Positions 18,215 through 28,317 of a stretch of 45,117 bases of DNA are shown one piece after another. Source of the stretch: an uncultured Pseudomonadota bacterium. GTDB lineage: Bacteria > BMS3Abin14. The notes below the pieces were generated by a model, which saw only the letters and a list, made by a program, of their open reading frames with translations, searched no databases and was not told where the DNA came from. Location of the stretch: positions 1 through 45,117 of the forward strand of contig CAYVSA010000009.1 of the NCBI GenBank assembly GCA_964454175.1. Reading direction: 5' to 3'. Position 1 is the first letter of the stretch, and each line of letters begins with the position of its first letter. Both the position numbers and the translations under genes were made by a program.

Positions 18215-21200
18215 CGGACTTTCTCCCTGAGGGCCCTGGCAGCAGCCAGTCCTGTGTTATTGCTATTGCCCAGTTTGGAGCGGGATGATCCGGCTGTTCT
18301 TTCCGGATCAGCCCCGCACAGGCCCATCCGGTATCCGCAGAACCTGCAGTCATCCTTGTTGGAGGTGGGAAGAAAAATGCCAGATGCGGATAGTTCGCAC
18401 AAATTTGCCAGCAAATCACCGGAGCGGGACAGCTCCTCAGGATTAATGGTAAGAGTCTCACTGAGGGCAGTTCCGGAGGGAAAAAGAAACCTGAAGGCGG
18501 CCACCTCGGCGGTGGAGGTGACGACGTCCTTAAGCCTGCTTCCTGCAAGAGCGAGATAAAGTGCGTGCTGCAAAACCCTCCCCCCCCAGAAGGGGTCGGG
18601 TTTTCTGTAGCGGGTGTCCCTTCCTGTCTTGTAGTCCGTCACGATGAACTTCGCTGTCCCTGCCGTGTCCATGCGGTCTACCCTGTCGATGCGGCCCATG
18701 GCCCGGAGAGATCTCCCCCCGGGCAGGTCTATCCTGACTGGCTCTTTAGTATCCAGCGCTGTGCCTGATCCCTGACCCGGAAGACCAATTGAAGCCTCCA
18801 TGTAGAGGGGTTCGTGTTTCCTGCAGAACTTTTCCTCCTCCCTGAGAAAGAGCCGGACGGCTTCCCTTAATCGGGTCCGGTCCCTGGTCTGGGAGCTTGC
18901 CGATTCTGGAGGAAGATCTTTTTCCAGGTACCCTATCTCCGAATCAAGGATATCCAGGATCCTGCTCTCATCCCTGGAAAAATCGGGCCGCAGGCCTTCC
19001 GTGGCCAGGCTGTTCATAAAGCGGTAGAAAACAGAGTGCAGGAGGGTACCGAACTCAAGGTTGTCGAGCCACATTGTGCTGTCTGGGCCTTCTTCAGGGG
19101 GATCAATACCCAGAACGTATCTGAAAAAGTACCTGAGAGGACACGTTCCGAGCGTCTCAAGGCGTGTTGACGACATGACCATCCCGTTTTCCCGGGAAGG
19201 GTCCAGCTCAGGCCCGGCCTCAGTGAGTATGCCGTCAAAAGCTGTCGCAATGTCACTCATACGATGAGCATTTGCCTTTTGTCCGCGTGAAAGGAAAGGA
19301 TAGGCTGCTGCCAGGTATCCGGATGCGTCTACTATGCCCTTATCACCGCACAGCCTCGAGGTGATCCACTCTCCCTGATCAAGTGCAGCAGCAGGATCTG
19401 GTGGTGCAAAGGACGCTTCGGGCACAGAAGTGAGCATGCCCGCCAGGTCAGATGCAGGGTCTTTCAGGGTGCGGTAAAGGGAGAGCAGGACCGGGCTCGG
19501 GAGAACCTCACGATCCTGGACCAGGTTTCTCGCGGCAAAACTAACCGTGATCCTCCCGCGCAGTCGTGAAATGAGCCGGAAGAATCCAGCCGTCTTTTCA
19601 GGGCCCTCATCGGCTGCCAGAGGCAGTTTGCCGGAGAGGCGCCGCCGCTCAACATCGAGCAGTATGGGGTCCTGAAGGCCGGCCCCTGGAAACCTTCCCT
19701 CGTCCAGGCCGATAATAAAAGTATGGCTGCGGCCCGAATGGCCGCCAGACAGGATGTGGGCAACATGGATCATGCCGGGCATGGGAGCGCTGCCCGCTAC
19801 AGGTACACTGCCGGGGACCCGGGCCAGTATCTCTGCGGGGTCCTGCTCCTGCGGACCGGGCAGGGCAGCTGCCCATCTCTTCATTTCTTCCATTCTTTCG
19901 ATGATGTGTCCAAGGGCAAAGCCGTCGAGACTGTCCGCGCACCTTGCCATGTCCTTTAAAACCTCAATCGCTGAACTCAGATTTTCAGCCAGCGAGAGAT
20001 CCCGGCTCCCCCATTCTGGCGGCAGGCAGTTAAAGAGCTTTTCTGCAAAAGATCTGAGTACAAATGCACCGCGAAGGTCCTTTTCAAGCTCGGCGTGAGA
20101 TGTCCCCGGGTTTGCAGGGTCGTGACGGCCTCGTCTTTCAAGCCGCCGCTCCATGGCTTTAGTCTTTCGAGCTATCGCCGCAAGGAGTGTGTCCCTTGAG
20201 CCGAGAGGGGCGAATCGTTCCAGGAGTGAGGCGAGGCGGCCAAAGGGGATTGAATCGGGGTTTTCAGGTAACACGAAAAGGCCGGCTGAAAGCATCCCGG
20301 CAAGGCCTCCAGTTGTCCATCCATCCCTGGCCCACCGCACCAGGTGTCCAAGCAGCTTGCCTGGACGTGTGATGCCAGCGGGCACACCCTCAGCAAATGA
20401 CGCACAGAGCTCTCCCCGGGATGTTTCAGGCAGACGTGCTGAAATTATTTCGTATATCAGAGGTACGTAAGTTTCGGTGTCGGTGTGGAGTATTTCCACA
20501 TCATCGAAGGAGATGCCCTCGACCATGCAGCGCCTCAGCACTTCCCTGACCTCGTTTGCCTCGCCAGCGGCCATAAATGCAGCAGATGTTGTCCCGGTAC
20601 CGTTTTCCGCCGCCGGACCGCCGTCTGACCATACTATTGACTGCAGATCGGTGTCTTCTCCCGGAAGGCGTACCTTGATGTCATCGGGGATGGTGTCTAT
20701 AAATAATGCCGCCGGTGCGTCAAGGTCAGGGTTCCCGCCTGCCAGGACCAGGGCGTTCGCCCCGAGTATATCCGGATCATCCTTCAATGCACCTGTCGCC
20801 AGGGAGAAAACACCGGCCTTGTCCAGGAGCTTGTGTTCTTCCAGGATCGTCCTGTAGCATCCGACAAGGGCCGTCAGTTCCCCGGCCTTGACTGTTGATA
20901 CAAAGGACTCGGGGGACAACGCTTCTGGCTGGAGGCCGGCATGGCTGAGTTCTGACAGGGAGTCGGCAGCAGATCTTATAAGCCCGGGGTCGGGGTGCAG
21001 TGAAAACAGGTAGTCCGTGTCACATTTCCGCCCCGCGGCGGACCACGCACAGGCCGTGGCTGCCAGCATGCCGTGTCCTGACAGGAATTGAAGGCCTTTT
21101 TGGGCCATGATCGGACCCGCGGCTCTCAGGGCCAGGCTTATGGGGGTGATGGGGACGAGATTGATAACACCCGCACAGCTAAAGACCGCCCGGTCTGCCC

Positions 21201-21297
21201 ACTGCTGGCCGATCCTCAGTGTGGGAGCCACGAGGAGCTTTTCTTCGAAAAGATGCTCCCTGCAAATCCTGGCCAGGGCTTGGATGAATACGTCCAA
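18211..21297 (-). CDS. addB: AddB-type PD-(D/E)XK nuclease subunit with an Fe-S staple
   Basis: CPLRYFF, GRIDRVD, DYKTG, Q..LY, CRFC......C; 4-nt overlap with addA. Confidence 0.85.
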   Translation of the reverse strand: MDVFIQALARICREHLFEEKLLVAPTLRIGQQWADRAVFSCAGVINLVPITPISLALRAAGPIMAQKGLQFLSGHGMLAATACAWSAAGRKCDTDYLFSLHPDPGLIRSAADSLSELSHAGLQPEALSPESFVSTVKAGELTALVGCYRTILEEHKLLDKAGVFSLATGALKDDPDILGANALVLAGGNPDLDAPAALFIDTIPDDIKVRLPGEDTDLQSIVWSDGGPAAENGTGTTSAAFMAAGEANEVREVLRRCMVEGISFDDVEILHTDTETYVPLIYEIISARLPETSRGELCASFAEGVPAGITRPGKLLGHLVRWARDGWTTGGLAGMLSAGLFVLPENPDSIPFGRLASLLERFAPLGSRDTLLAAIARKTKAMERRLERRGRHDPANPGTSHAELEKDLRGAFVLRSFAEKLFNCLPPEWGSRDLSLAENLSSAIEVLKDMARCADSLDGFALGHIIERMEEMKRWAAALPGPQEQDPAEILARVPGSVPVAGSAPMPGMIHVAHILSGGHSGRSHTFIIGLDEGRFPGAGLQDPILLDVERRRLSGKLPLAADEGPEKTAGFFRLISRLRGRITVSFAARNLVQDREVLPSPVLLSLYRTLKDPASDLAGMLTSVPEASFAPPDPAAALDQGEWITSRLCGDKGIVDASGYLAAAYPFLSRGQKANAHRMSDIATAFDGILTEAGPELDPSRENGMVMSSTRLETLGTCPLRYFFRYVLGIDPPEEGPDSTMWLDNLEFGTLLHSVFYRFMNSLATEGLRPDFSRDESRILDILDSEIGYLEKDLPPESASSQTRDRTRLREAVRLFLREEEKFCRKHEPLYMEASIGLPGQGSGTALDTKEPVRIDLPGGRSLRAMGRIDRVDRMDTAGTAKFIVTDYKTGRDTRYRKPDPFWGGRVLQHALYLALAGSRLKDVVTSTAEVAAFRFLFPSGTALSETLTINPEELSRSGDLLANLCELSASGIFLPTSNKDDCRFCGYRMGLCGADPERTAGSSRSKLGNSNNTGLAAARALREKVR

Positions 21298-21353
21298 TTG
21301 ATCAGGTTCCTGCTGAACTCAATTTCTAATTTCCAATTTCCAACGCCTTGCAC

Positions 21354-21959
21354 TCACGGTGTCCACCGTACCGCAACTTCACTTAACGGCTTTCTGTCGT
21401 TGGGTTTTTCCATGGCCGCAACACTCGAGGGAAGATCCTTGATGTCGCCATATTTCCCTATCGCGATGGCACAGATGATCTCGAACTCCTCATTGGACAG
21501 ACCGAGAAGCTTATAGGCCTCCTCAAGGTGGTATCCGGCCATGCCGTGGGTGTAAAGGCCCATTTTTCTTGCCTGCAGCGTCAGGCTCATCCACGCAGCG
21601 CCGCAATCAAATGCGGCCCATCGGTTGGGCTTGCTGTTTCGGATAAAATTCCTCCGGGCGGCCAGGAAGGCCAGGGTTGGTGCGTTCTTTGCCCATGCCT
21701 GATTTTTGTCAACAAGCACCCGCAGGAATTGATCCCGTTCCCTTTCGCTGGAAGTGTAATAAAAAACCCAGGGCTGTTCGTTGTAGCAGGAAGGAGCCCA
21801 CCTTGCGGCCTCGAAGAGCACCATGAGGGCCTCTTCCGGTACGGGATCCGGAGAAAAAGCTCTGGGCGACCACCGCTGGGGAAAGACCGGGTCGACCTCC
21901 GCCATGGACTGACGGTGGTTTTCAACGAGTTTGCCTGTGTCCTCGAATTGGAACCTCAT
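21354..21959 (-). CDS. Nitroreductase family protein
   Basis: RWSPRAF, AARWAPSCYNEQPW, FDCGAA, RKPL. Confidence 0.92.
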   Translation of the reverse strand: MRFQFEDTGKLVENHRQSMAEVDPVFPQRWSPRAFSPDPVPEEALMVLFEAARWAPSCYNEQPWVFYYTSSERERDQFLRVLVDKNQAWAKNAPTLAFLAARRNFIRNSKPNRWAAFDCGAAWMSLTLQARKMGLYTHGMAGYHLEEAYKLLGLSNEEFEIICAIAIGKYGDIKDLPSSVAAMEKPNDRKPLSEVAVRWTP

Positions 21960-23050
21960 TTTGCCTCCTTTGCGGGTTCCGGTCCCGTTGGGGTCGGGTC
22001 ACCCTGAGTCTGTCCAGCAGCAGTTGGCACGATAACGCCGCGGCGACCGTCCCAGGAGGTGCTTGCTGCTGAACGGGGAATGCCGGCGGTTAGTTTTTTG
22101 AAGAGCTCCTCCCCGTCAGGACCTGATATGGGCACCGGCCTGAAAGCCACAATAGCATTGTCAACTTTTACTGGAAAGACCTCGAGAGCGGTAAGTGTGC
22201 CGTCGGATCCAAGGTGGGCTTTCGCAGCAAGACCGACCCGTGTGTTTTTGCTGTAAGAACCGAAAGAAAAGTTCCCCAGGCTGTACAGGATCGCCTTGCC
22301 GCGGTAGATCTCGATGGGCTGAGGTATATGAGGATGGTGCCCAACAACAATATCGGCGCCTGCGTCTACTGCCTGGTGGGCCAACCGGACCTGGTATTCT
22401 TTAGGCTCTCCGGTAAGCTCTGCTCCCCAGTGAAAGGATACGATCAGAGGCCCGCTTCCTGAAGCGGCCCTTGATGCCTTCGATACCGCCTTGCCGGAAC
22501 CGAAATGGGTTCCGGGGCGATTTTTTCTGGCCCAGTATGACCTTGGAAACGTATTAGAAAATGCGAGGAATGAGATCTTTGTGCTGCCAACGTCAAGGCC
22601 GGCCGGCCGGGCGGCTTCGGCAAGGTTTGAGCCGGCCCCGGTCCAGACGATCCCAGCTGCATCCAGATGCCTGATCGTATCTGAAAGGGCCTCTGGTCCG
22701 TAATCCATAATGTGGTTGTTTGCCAGTGACACTACATCGATCCCGGCTGTGGCCATTGCCGAAGCCGCTGCAGGGTCCGTTCGAAACACATATTTCTTGT
22801 CGGTTTGAGGGCGTCCTCGGGTAGAGAGCGGCGTTTCCAGATTCAGGAATGTCAGGTCGGCCCCTGCCATTATTTCACTGATACCATCGAAGAGATAATC
22901 GTATCCATATTTCCCGATTACCGGAGAAGCGCTCACCCCGGGGAGGTAATCCCCGAGCAGGACGATCTGAATGTCAGGCTGTGACAGGGAAGTACCGGCA
23001 GCCAGAATGGCACTTGATACAAGAGCACATGTTGTAAAAAAACGTTTCAT
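21956..23050 (-). CDS. CapA (PGA_cap) family metallophosphatase
   Basis: GD, NLETP, SLANNH..DYG, HWG.E, GHHPH, YSLGNF; signal peptide. Confidence 0.9.
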   Translation of the reverse strand: MKRFFTTCALVSSAILAAGTSLSQPDIQIVLLGDYLPGVSASPVIGKYGYDYLFDGISEIMAGADLTFLNLETPLSTRGRPQTDKKYVFRTDPAAASAMATAGIDVVSLANNHIMDYGPEALSDTIRHLDAAGIVWTGAGSNLAEAARPAGLDVGSTKISFLAFSNTFPRSYWARKNRPGTHFGSGKAVSKASRAASGSGPLIVSFHWGAELTGEPKEYQVRLAHQAVDAGADIVVGHHPHIPQPIEIYRGKAILYSLGNFSFGSYSKNTRVGLAAKAHLGSDGTLTALEVFPVKVDNAIVAFRPVPISGPDGEELFKKLTAGIPRSAASTSWDGRRGVIVPTAAGQTQGDPTPTGPEPAKEAK

Positions 23051-23272
23051 ATTGGGAAGTTAGCATGGTCATCGACTCTTTACAACTGCTCAGACCCAAA
23101 AAATATCCCCTTATTCAGACGCAGGGAAGCCGAAAAAATTCTTTATTATAGGTTGAGCATTTGATATGGTCTTCCCCCTGAAAAACAAGTGGAGTAGTCA
23201 AGAACTGATAGAAAAAACACATCTGCCAGTTTTTGAAAAACAGTGTTAACCAATTAAACGAGAGAGAAGCCT

Positions 23273-24589
23273 GTGAAAAGATGGAGCCTTTTGCTGGCCG
23301 CGGTCATTTCGTGTGCCCTGGTTGCAGGCAGCCCTGCCGCTGCTGACTCCGGGAATGAAAAGGACGGGGGAGCCTTTGGCAGTGCCAGGGTGGACATCAC
23401 CTCTGACACTTTCCTTTACCTCTACGAGCGTGATATCCCCCTGGGAAGCAACAGGCAGCTGGCACCCCTGTATGAATATGTTTCAGGTGATGTTTACGAT
23501 TTCTGGGGAGAGTCCTACTCAATACATTTTTACGGCTGGGGCAGACTCGACCTTGGCGACGACACCGGTTCGAGCAAGACGGGCGGTGACATCTCAAGCC
23601 TCTATCTTCAGTACCTTGCCCCGAAAGCGAACACACAGTACAAGCTCGGCCGGTTCTTCATGGCCGAAGGCACCGCCGTGGAGATCATCGACGGGGCCTT
23701 TGTAAAAAGTCAGCTGCAAAAAGGGTTCGGGGCTGCTGCTTTTGCCGGGATCCCCGTCGAGCACTCATCATCTTCAATTGACGAGGGTGACTCAATAGCA
23801 GGTGGCAGGGTCTTTTATGTCCACGAAGGCCTCCTGGAGGTCGGTCTGACGTATCTTCTGGAGAACGGTAATTTCAGGGGTGATGACCGCAAGGAACTCG
23901 GGACTGATCTCTGGCTGCGTCCGCCGGGCCCTGCGGAGATCACAGCAAGGACCATATATAACCTCTCTACTTCGGAGATGGCTCTCCAGCGATACGTATT
24001 CAGATTAATTCCCAACGACACGCTGGATATTTCAGTGGGCACGGAAGACTATGGATACGACGACTACTTCCAGAGTGCCTTAAACCCGGCTTTTGGCTCT
24101 ACAGCGCTGGACTTTACCGATGAAGTGCAGTCCCGTTTTGTGCTCCTGAACTGGAAAGCCACCGAGAACCTGACTATTGAGGCCGGGGCGAGGACCTTTG
24201 ATCATGACGCCGCCGATCCGGGGGATGCAAAGAGGGCCGAGGTGGGGATGAGGTATATGATGGACGGTTTTTTCGAAATGCTGGGCGGTTCTATCACGAC
24301 TCAATCGGCTGACATGGCAGAAAACGAGTACACTGAGCTCCGAGGTTTCGGAAAACGCCACACTGGCAAGTGGGATTTTTCCTTCGACGCTCTGACCCAG
24401 CATTACACGCAGGCAATATCCGGAGAAAAGAATTCCTACCAGGTCGTAGGGTCCACGGGCTACCGGCTCAAGCCCAACGTCAAGGTGTCCGGAGACATAA
24501 GGTACACCGAGAGCCCCACCTTCAAGAGGGATTTAGCTGTTCTGCTGAGGGCAACGGTAAACCTGGACAACATCACTGGAGCTAAATGA
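23273..24589 (+). CDS. Putative outer-membrane beta-barrel porin of a porin-cytochrome complex
   Basis: Signal peptide, aromatic-rich alternating strands (YGWGRLDL, LGRFF..EG, DG); 4-nt overlap with the cytochrome gene. Confidence 0.7.
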   Translation: MKRWSLLLAAVISCALVAGSPAAADSGNEKDGGAFGSARVDITSDTFLYLYERDIPLGSNRQLAPLYEYVSGDVYDFWGESYSIHFYGWGRLDLGDDTGSSKTGGDISSLYLQYLAPKANTQYKLGRFFMAEGTAVEIIDGAFVKSQLQKGFGAAAFAGIPVEHSSSSIDEGDSIAGGRVFYVHEGLLEVGLTYLLENGNFRGDDRKELGTDLWLRPPGPAEITARTIYNLSTSEMALQRYVFRLIPNDTLDISVGTEDYGYDDYFQSALNPAFGSTALDFTDEVQSRFVLLNWKATENLTIEAGARTFDHDAADPGDAKRAEVGMRYMMDGFFEMLGGSITTQSADMAENEYTELRGFGKRHTGKWDFSFDALTQHYTQAISGEKNSYQVVGSTGYRLKPNVKVSGDIRYTESPTFKRDLAVLLRATVNLDNITGAK

Positions 24590-25059
24590 TGAAGCGGTTT
24601 TCCATAATACTGATCGCTGCGGCCTGTGCAATGATCGTTCTCGCCGGCTGTCATATTACTTCTACCCGGGAGTCCATACCGGCCGTGCATCCCGAGGAGC
24701 TCGACCCGGTGCGGGCCGACTGCCTGGAGTGTCACGAGGATGTATCCACGGGCGCTCTCAAACCATATGAGACCTTCAGACACACGATAGTGTTCGTCAG
24801 GCAGCACGGGAGGCAGTACGCTCCCCAGAAGCAGAACCTGTGTACAGCGTGTCACACACCTTCCTTCTGCCAGACGTGCCACGCAAGCAAGGATGAGTTA
24901 AAACCAAGCGTCAAGCTCGGCAACAGACCCGACAGGGCGCTGTATCATCGGGGGGATTATCTGGTTCAGCATCGGCTTGAGGGGAGGGTTGACCCCGGAA
25001 GGTGCTACAGGTGTCACGGTAGAAGAGATACCGGTACCTGCAGCTCGTGCCACAATTAA
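24586..25059 (+). CDS. Pentaheme c-type cytochrome lipoprotein
   Basis: Lipobox LAGC; CLECH, CTACH, CQTCH, CYRCH, CSSCH. Confidence 0.9.
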   Translation: MMKRFSIILIAAACAMIVLAGCHITSTRESIPAVHPEELDPVRADCLECHEDVSTGALKPYETFRHTIVFVRQHGRQYAPQKQNLCTACHTPSFCQTCHASKDELKPSVKLGNRPDRALYHRGDYLVQHRLEGRVDPGRCYRCHGRRDTGTCSSCHN

Positions 25060-25122
25060 CAACAGGGAAAGGGGAGAGATGGCTGGTGGTATTAATAATT
25101 TTTACCAGCCTGGGAGTTTATA

Positions 25123-26565
25123 ATGAACAAAGAAGCCATGATAACCGGCAGAAGACTGATTGTCCTTTCTGCTGTTCTGCTCGTCATCGCCGCTGCGCTT
25201 CTGGCTGGCTGCTCTGAATCCCGCTATTCAGCCCTGAGCCTGGTGGACGACCAGGGCAACCACCCGGGTGGCTGGACGGATGGACACGTAACCTGGGCCG
25301 TACCTGCCGCTGCGCTCTGTACTGACTGTCACGGCGACAGCCTGAGCGGGGGTATTGCGAGCACTTCCTGCCTGCAGTCCGCATGTCACCACGACACAAT
25401 TTCTTCCTGGGCCACTACGCCTGAAGTGACTCACGGAGATTCGGCAAAGAAGAGACGCTCCGGCAGCTTCGGGCTAATATCGTGCCAGATCTGTCACGGG
25501 GAGGACTTTTCGGGCAGCAGTATCGGTGCGACGCCTCCGCCGTCGTGCCTCCAGGACGCATGTCACGGGACTCCAGCAGGCGCAACAAAACCGCCCCACC
25601 CCACAGCCTGGCGTACCGGAGATACTTTTACCCACACCAGCACCGCTGAAACCAACGCAGATATCTGTGAAGACTGCCACAGGGACGGTGCCAATTCGCC
25701 AGTTGCAGCTCCATCACCTGCTGCCGACCCTTCTACTGCGGCCGGGTGTTTTAACAGCACTCTCTGCCACGATGTAAAAACAGGCGCGCCGCACACGACG
25801 AACCCCTACAGTTCGCATCCGCAGGATGCCGTATCTGAATTCAGTACCTACTGCACGGACTGTCACAGCATAGATCCTCCGACGCCTTACGCACCGGCCC
25901 CTGCCTGCAGCAGCTGCCACACGGGGGGCTCTCCGCTTACGATCACAAACTGTGCCTCCTGTCATGCCAAGCCGCCTGACAGCGCTTCCCCAGTAGGGGC
26001 TGCTGCTCCCAATATCGAAGGCGCCCACTCTGAACACAACGCCCTGACGGGCGTTGCGGGCAGGTGCAATGTCTGCCACGATGGAGGCGGTACAGGAACA
26101 GGCCTCGTCCATTACTACAACAACACCGTGGACATGGCCGCAAGCGACGCAACCTACAATGCCAACGCCGGAGCAGCTGTTCTTTCCACTACTACCTGCG
26201 CCAACGTGAGCTGCCACGGCGGCATAACGACACCAGACTGGCAGAGCGGGTCCATTAATGTGAACACTGACTGTACCCAGTGTCACCAGGCTGGGTCGTC
26301 AGCCGGCAGCCCGGAAGATAACAGCTACTACTCCGGCGAGCACACCAAACACGTGGTTAGCAAAGGCTTTGCCTGCGTAACGTGCCACGATGTCTCCAGT
26401 GACACCAACCATTTGAATACCCTTAACACTTCAGCCCTGGAGGGCACCGTTGTCATTGACCTGTCAGGAAGTGGCGGCATCAGCTGGAACGGTGCTGGCT
26501 CCTGTACCGGGACCTGTCACTACGGCGCCGGTAAAACCGAGAACCATGGTACCAAGAACTGGTAA
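25123..26565 (+). CDS. Multiheme c-type cytochrome lipoprotein (9 CxxCH + 5 extended motifs)
   Basis: Lipobox LAGC; 9 CxxCH plus CLQSACH, CLQDACH, CFNSTLCH, CANVSCH, CTGTCH. Confidence 0.9.
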   Translation: MNKEAMITGRRLIVLSAVLLVIAAALLAGCSESRYSALSLVDDQGNHPGGWTDGHVTWAVPAAALCTDCHGDSLSGGIASTSCLQSACHHDTISSWATTPEVTHGDSAKKRRSGSFGLISCQICHGEDFSGSSIGATPPPSCLQDACHGTPAGATKPPHPTAWRTGDTFTHTSTAETNADICEDCHRDGANSPVAAPSPAADPSTAAGCFNSTLCHDVKTGAPHTTNPYSSHPQDAVSEFSTYCTDCHSIDPPTPYAPAPACSSCHTGGSPLTITNCASCHAKPPDSASPVGAAAPNIEGAHSEHNALTGVAGRCNVCHDGGGTGTGLVHYYNNTVDMAASDATYNANAGAAVLSTTTCANVSCHGGITTPDWQSGSINVNTDCTQCHQAGSSAGSPEDNSYYSGEHTKHVVSKGFACVTCHDVSSDTNHLNTLNTSALEGTVVIDLSGSGGISWNGAGSCTGTCHYGAGKTENHGTKNW

Positions 26566-26603
26566 CAGGAAGCTGAAAACTTCCTGACAACAGGGTGTCT
26601 CAG

Positions 26604-26640
26604 ATAAGGGCCCCGGCGATCTTGCGCCGGGGCCCTTATT
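26604..26640 (+). terminator. Strong hairpin terminator after the cytochrome operon
   Basis: ATAAGGGCCCCGGCG / CGCCGGGGCCCTTAT, a perfect 15-bp stem. Confidence 0.8.
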
Positions 26641-26770
26641 GTTGTGGAGTTTGATCCTCTTGACTTTACAGACCGTTGTAACATCGGGAAATGGGTCAAC
26701 GGGAAGCTTCCACTCCCATTTAATATAAAAAACCTTTATAATGTCGGCAGTTAGGCTGAGAATACCATGT

Positions 26771-26799
26771 TTGACATGCCTATTATTAGGTGCTATATA
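26771..26799 (+). promoter_or_regulatory. Sigma70 promoter of serS
   Basis: TTGACA-17bp-TATATA with a TG extension. Confidence 0.55.
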
Positions 26800-26824
26800 C
26801 CGATGGTTTCGCGGGAGCAGATAA

Positions 26825-28102
26825 ATGCTTGATGTCCGGTTTTTAAGGGAAAATACAGAATTCGTCGGCAAACGGCTGGCCCTGAGGGGAGATGAGATCG
26901 ACCTGACCCCTTTCGAGAAGCTGGATTCGGAGCGACGGTCCCTCCTCGGTGAGACCGAGGAGATGAGGGCCCGGAGAAACACCGAATCGGCCCGGATAGG
27001 TGAACTGAAAAAAGCAGGCAAGGAAGCCGGGGACAGCACTAAAGCTGTGAGGGACCTGGGGGAAAAGATCAGGGTCAACGATGAACGTATAAAGGCCCTG
27101 GACAGCGAGCTGGGATCTTTTCTGCTGACCCTTCCAAATATCCCCCATGAAAGTGTCCCCCAGGGTCCTGACGAAGGGGCCAACGAAGTTATCAGGACAT
27201 GGGGAGACAGGCCCGGGTTCTCTTTTGACCCCCTTTCCCACTGGGACCTGGGTGAAGCTCTGGGGATCATCGACCTGCCCCGGGCCGCCCGGATGTCAGG
27301 AGCCCGTTTTTCCGTGATGATGGGGGCTGGAGCCCTGCTGGAAAGGGCCCTGATCTCTTTCATGCTGGATCTGCACACCACAGAGCACGGGTACCGTGAG
27401 GTCATGACTCCATTCATGGTTAACCCGGAAAGCATGCGGGGAACCGGTCAACTCCCAAAGTTCGAAGAAGATCTTTTCAGCGTTCAGGACGGTCAGTATT
27501 ATCTAATTCCTACAGCAGAGGTTCCTGTCACGAACCTTCACAGGGAGGAGATACTGAAGGAATCTGACCTGCCGATCAGGTATGCGTCTTTCAGCCCGTG
27601 CTTCCGGAGAGAGGCAGGCTCCCACGGGAAGGACACCAGGGGCCTTATACGTCTGCATCAGTTCAACAAGGTGGAACTGGTAAAGTTCTGCAGGCCGGAA
27701 GAATCCTATAAGGAACTGGAAACGCTTACTGAAAACGCTGAAGAGGTACTTAAAAGGCTTGGACTTCATTACAGGGTAGTAACTCTATCTACCGGTGACC
27801 TGGGTTTTTCCGCGGCTAAAACGTACGACCTTGAGGTCTGGCTCCCGGGCCAGGAAACTTACAGGGAGATCTCCTCCTGCAGCAACTTCGAGGACTTTCA
27901 GGCGCGCAGATCAATGATAAGATACCGGCCGGCCGAGGGAAAGGGTAACCGGTTCGTTCACACCCTGAATGGATCCGGCCTGGCCGTGGGCAGATGTCTT
28001 GTGGCCATTCTGGAAAACTACCAGAGGAAGGATGGCAGGATCACTGTTCCCGAAGCCCTGAGGCCTTACATGGGAGGCCTGGAAGTAATTCAGAGAGATT
28101 GA
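26825..28102 (+). CDS. serS: Seryl-tRNA synthetase
   Basis: [57 protein letters not shown]. Confidence 0.98.
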   Translation: MLDVRFLRENTEFVGKRLALRGDEIDLTPFEKLDSERRSLLGETEEMRARRNTESARIGELKKAGKEAGDSTKAVRDLGEKIRVNDERIKALDSELGSFLLTLPNIPHESVPQGPDEGANEVIRTWGDRPGFSFDPLSHWDLGEALGIIDLPRAARMSGARFSVMMGAGALLERALISFMLDLHTTEHGYREVMTPFMVNPESMRGTGQLPKFEEDLFSVQDGQYYLIPTAEVPVTNLHREEILKESDLPIRYASFSPCFRREAGSHGKDTRGLIRLHQFNKVELVKFCRPEESYKELETLTENAEEVLKRLGLHYRVVTLSTGDLGFSAAKTYDLEVWLPGQETYREISSCSNFEDFQARRSMIRYRPAEGKGNRFVHTLNGSGLAVGRCLVAILENYQRKDGRITVPEALRPYMGGLEVIQRD

Positions 28103-28115
28103 ACTGATCGGACGC

Positions 28116-28207
28116 GGAGGAGTGGCCGAGCGGCCGAAGGCGGCGGTCTTGAAAACCGCAGTCCGTCGTGAGGCGGACCGGGGGTTCGAATCCCTCCTCC
28201 TCCGCCA
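28116..28207 (+). tRNA. tRNA-Ser(TGA)
   Basis: GGAGGAG acceptor stem, anticodon arm GCGGT-CTTGAAA-ACCGC, long variable arm, GTTCGAATC, GCCA end. Confidence 0.95.
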
Positions 28208-28251
28208 TTGCTTGTAACTACAGGTCCAACAGCACTGTTTTATAAATAGGC

Positions 28252-28280
28252 TTGACCTTTAGAGGAAGTCTGGATAACTT
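28252..28280 (+). promoter_or_regulatory. Possible sigma70 promoter for the downstream tRNAs
   Basis: TTGACC-17bp-TAACTT. Confidence 0.4.
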
Positions 28281-28317
28281 GTGTTCCCTGGTTCAGGGTG
28301 GAAACCCTCCGATTCAT

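Noticed and set aside
14936..21297. Helicase-nuclease pair as a possible defence system next to the toxins
   Set aside because: Sizes, gene order, motifs and Fe-S cysteines fit housekeeping AddAB, and its composition resembles the core genome.
23051..23272. Cyclic-dinucleotide (GEMM) riboswitch expected upstream of a cytochrome conduit
   Set aside because: No GGCAAA/GAAA...GCAAAGC core was found by eye; a Rfam scan would be needed to exclude it fully.
25081..25110. GGCTGGT...ACCAGCC hairpin between the two cytochrome genes
   Set aside because: It is a short stem with a long AT loop, at most an mRNA stability element, and too weak to call.
26464..27435. Long antisense ORF (323 aa), and similar ones opposite addA, addB and the cytochrome
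   Set aside because: These are shadow ORFs typical of GC-rich coding DNA, with no recognisable motifs.
28116..28207. Possible tRNA-Sec or suppressor tRNA (long variable arm, TGA in the loop)
   Set aside because: Anticodon TGA reads UCA (Ser), the acceptor stem is 7 bp, and Sec would need anticodon TCA.
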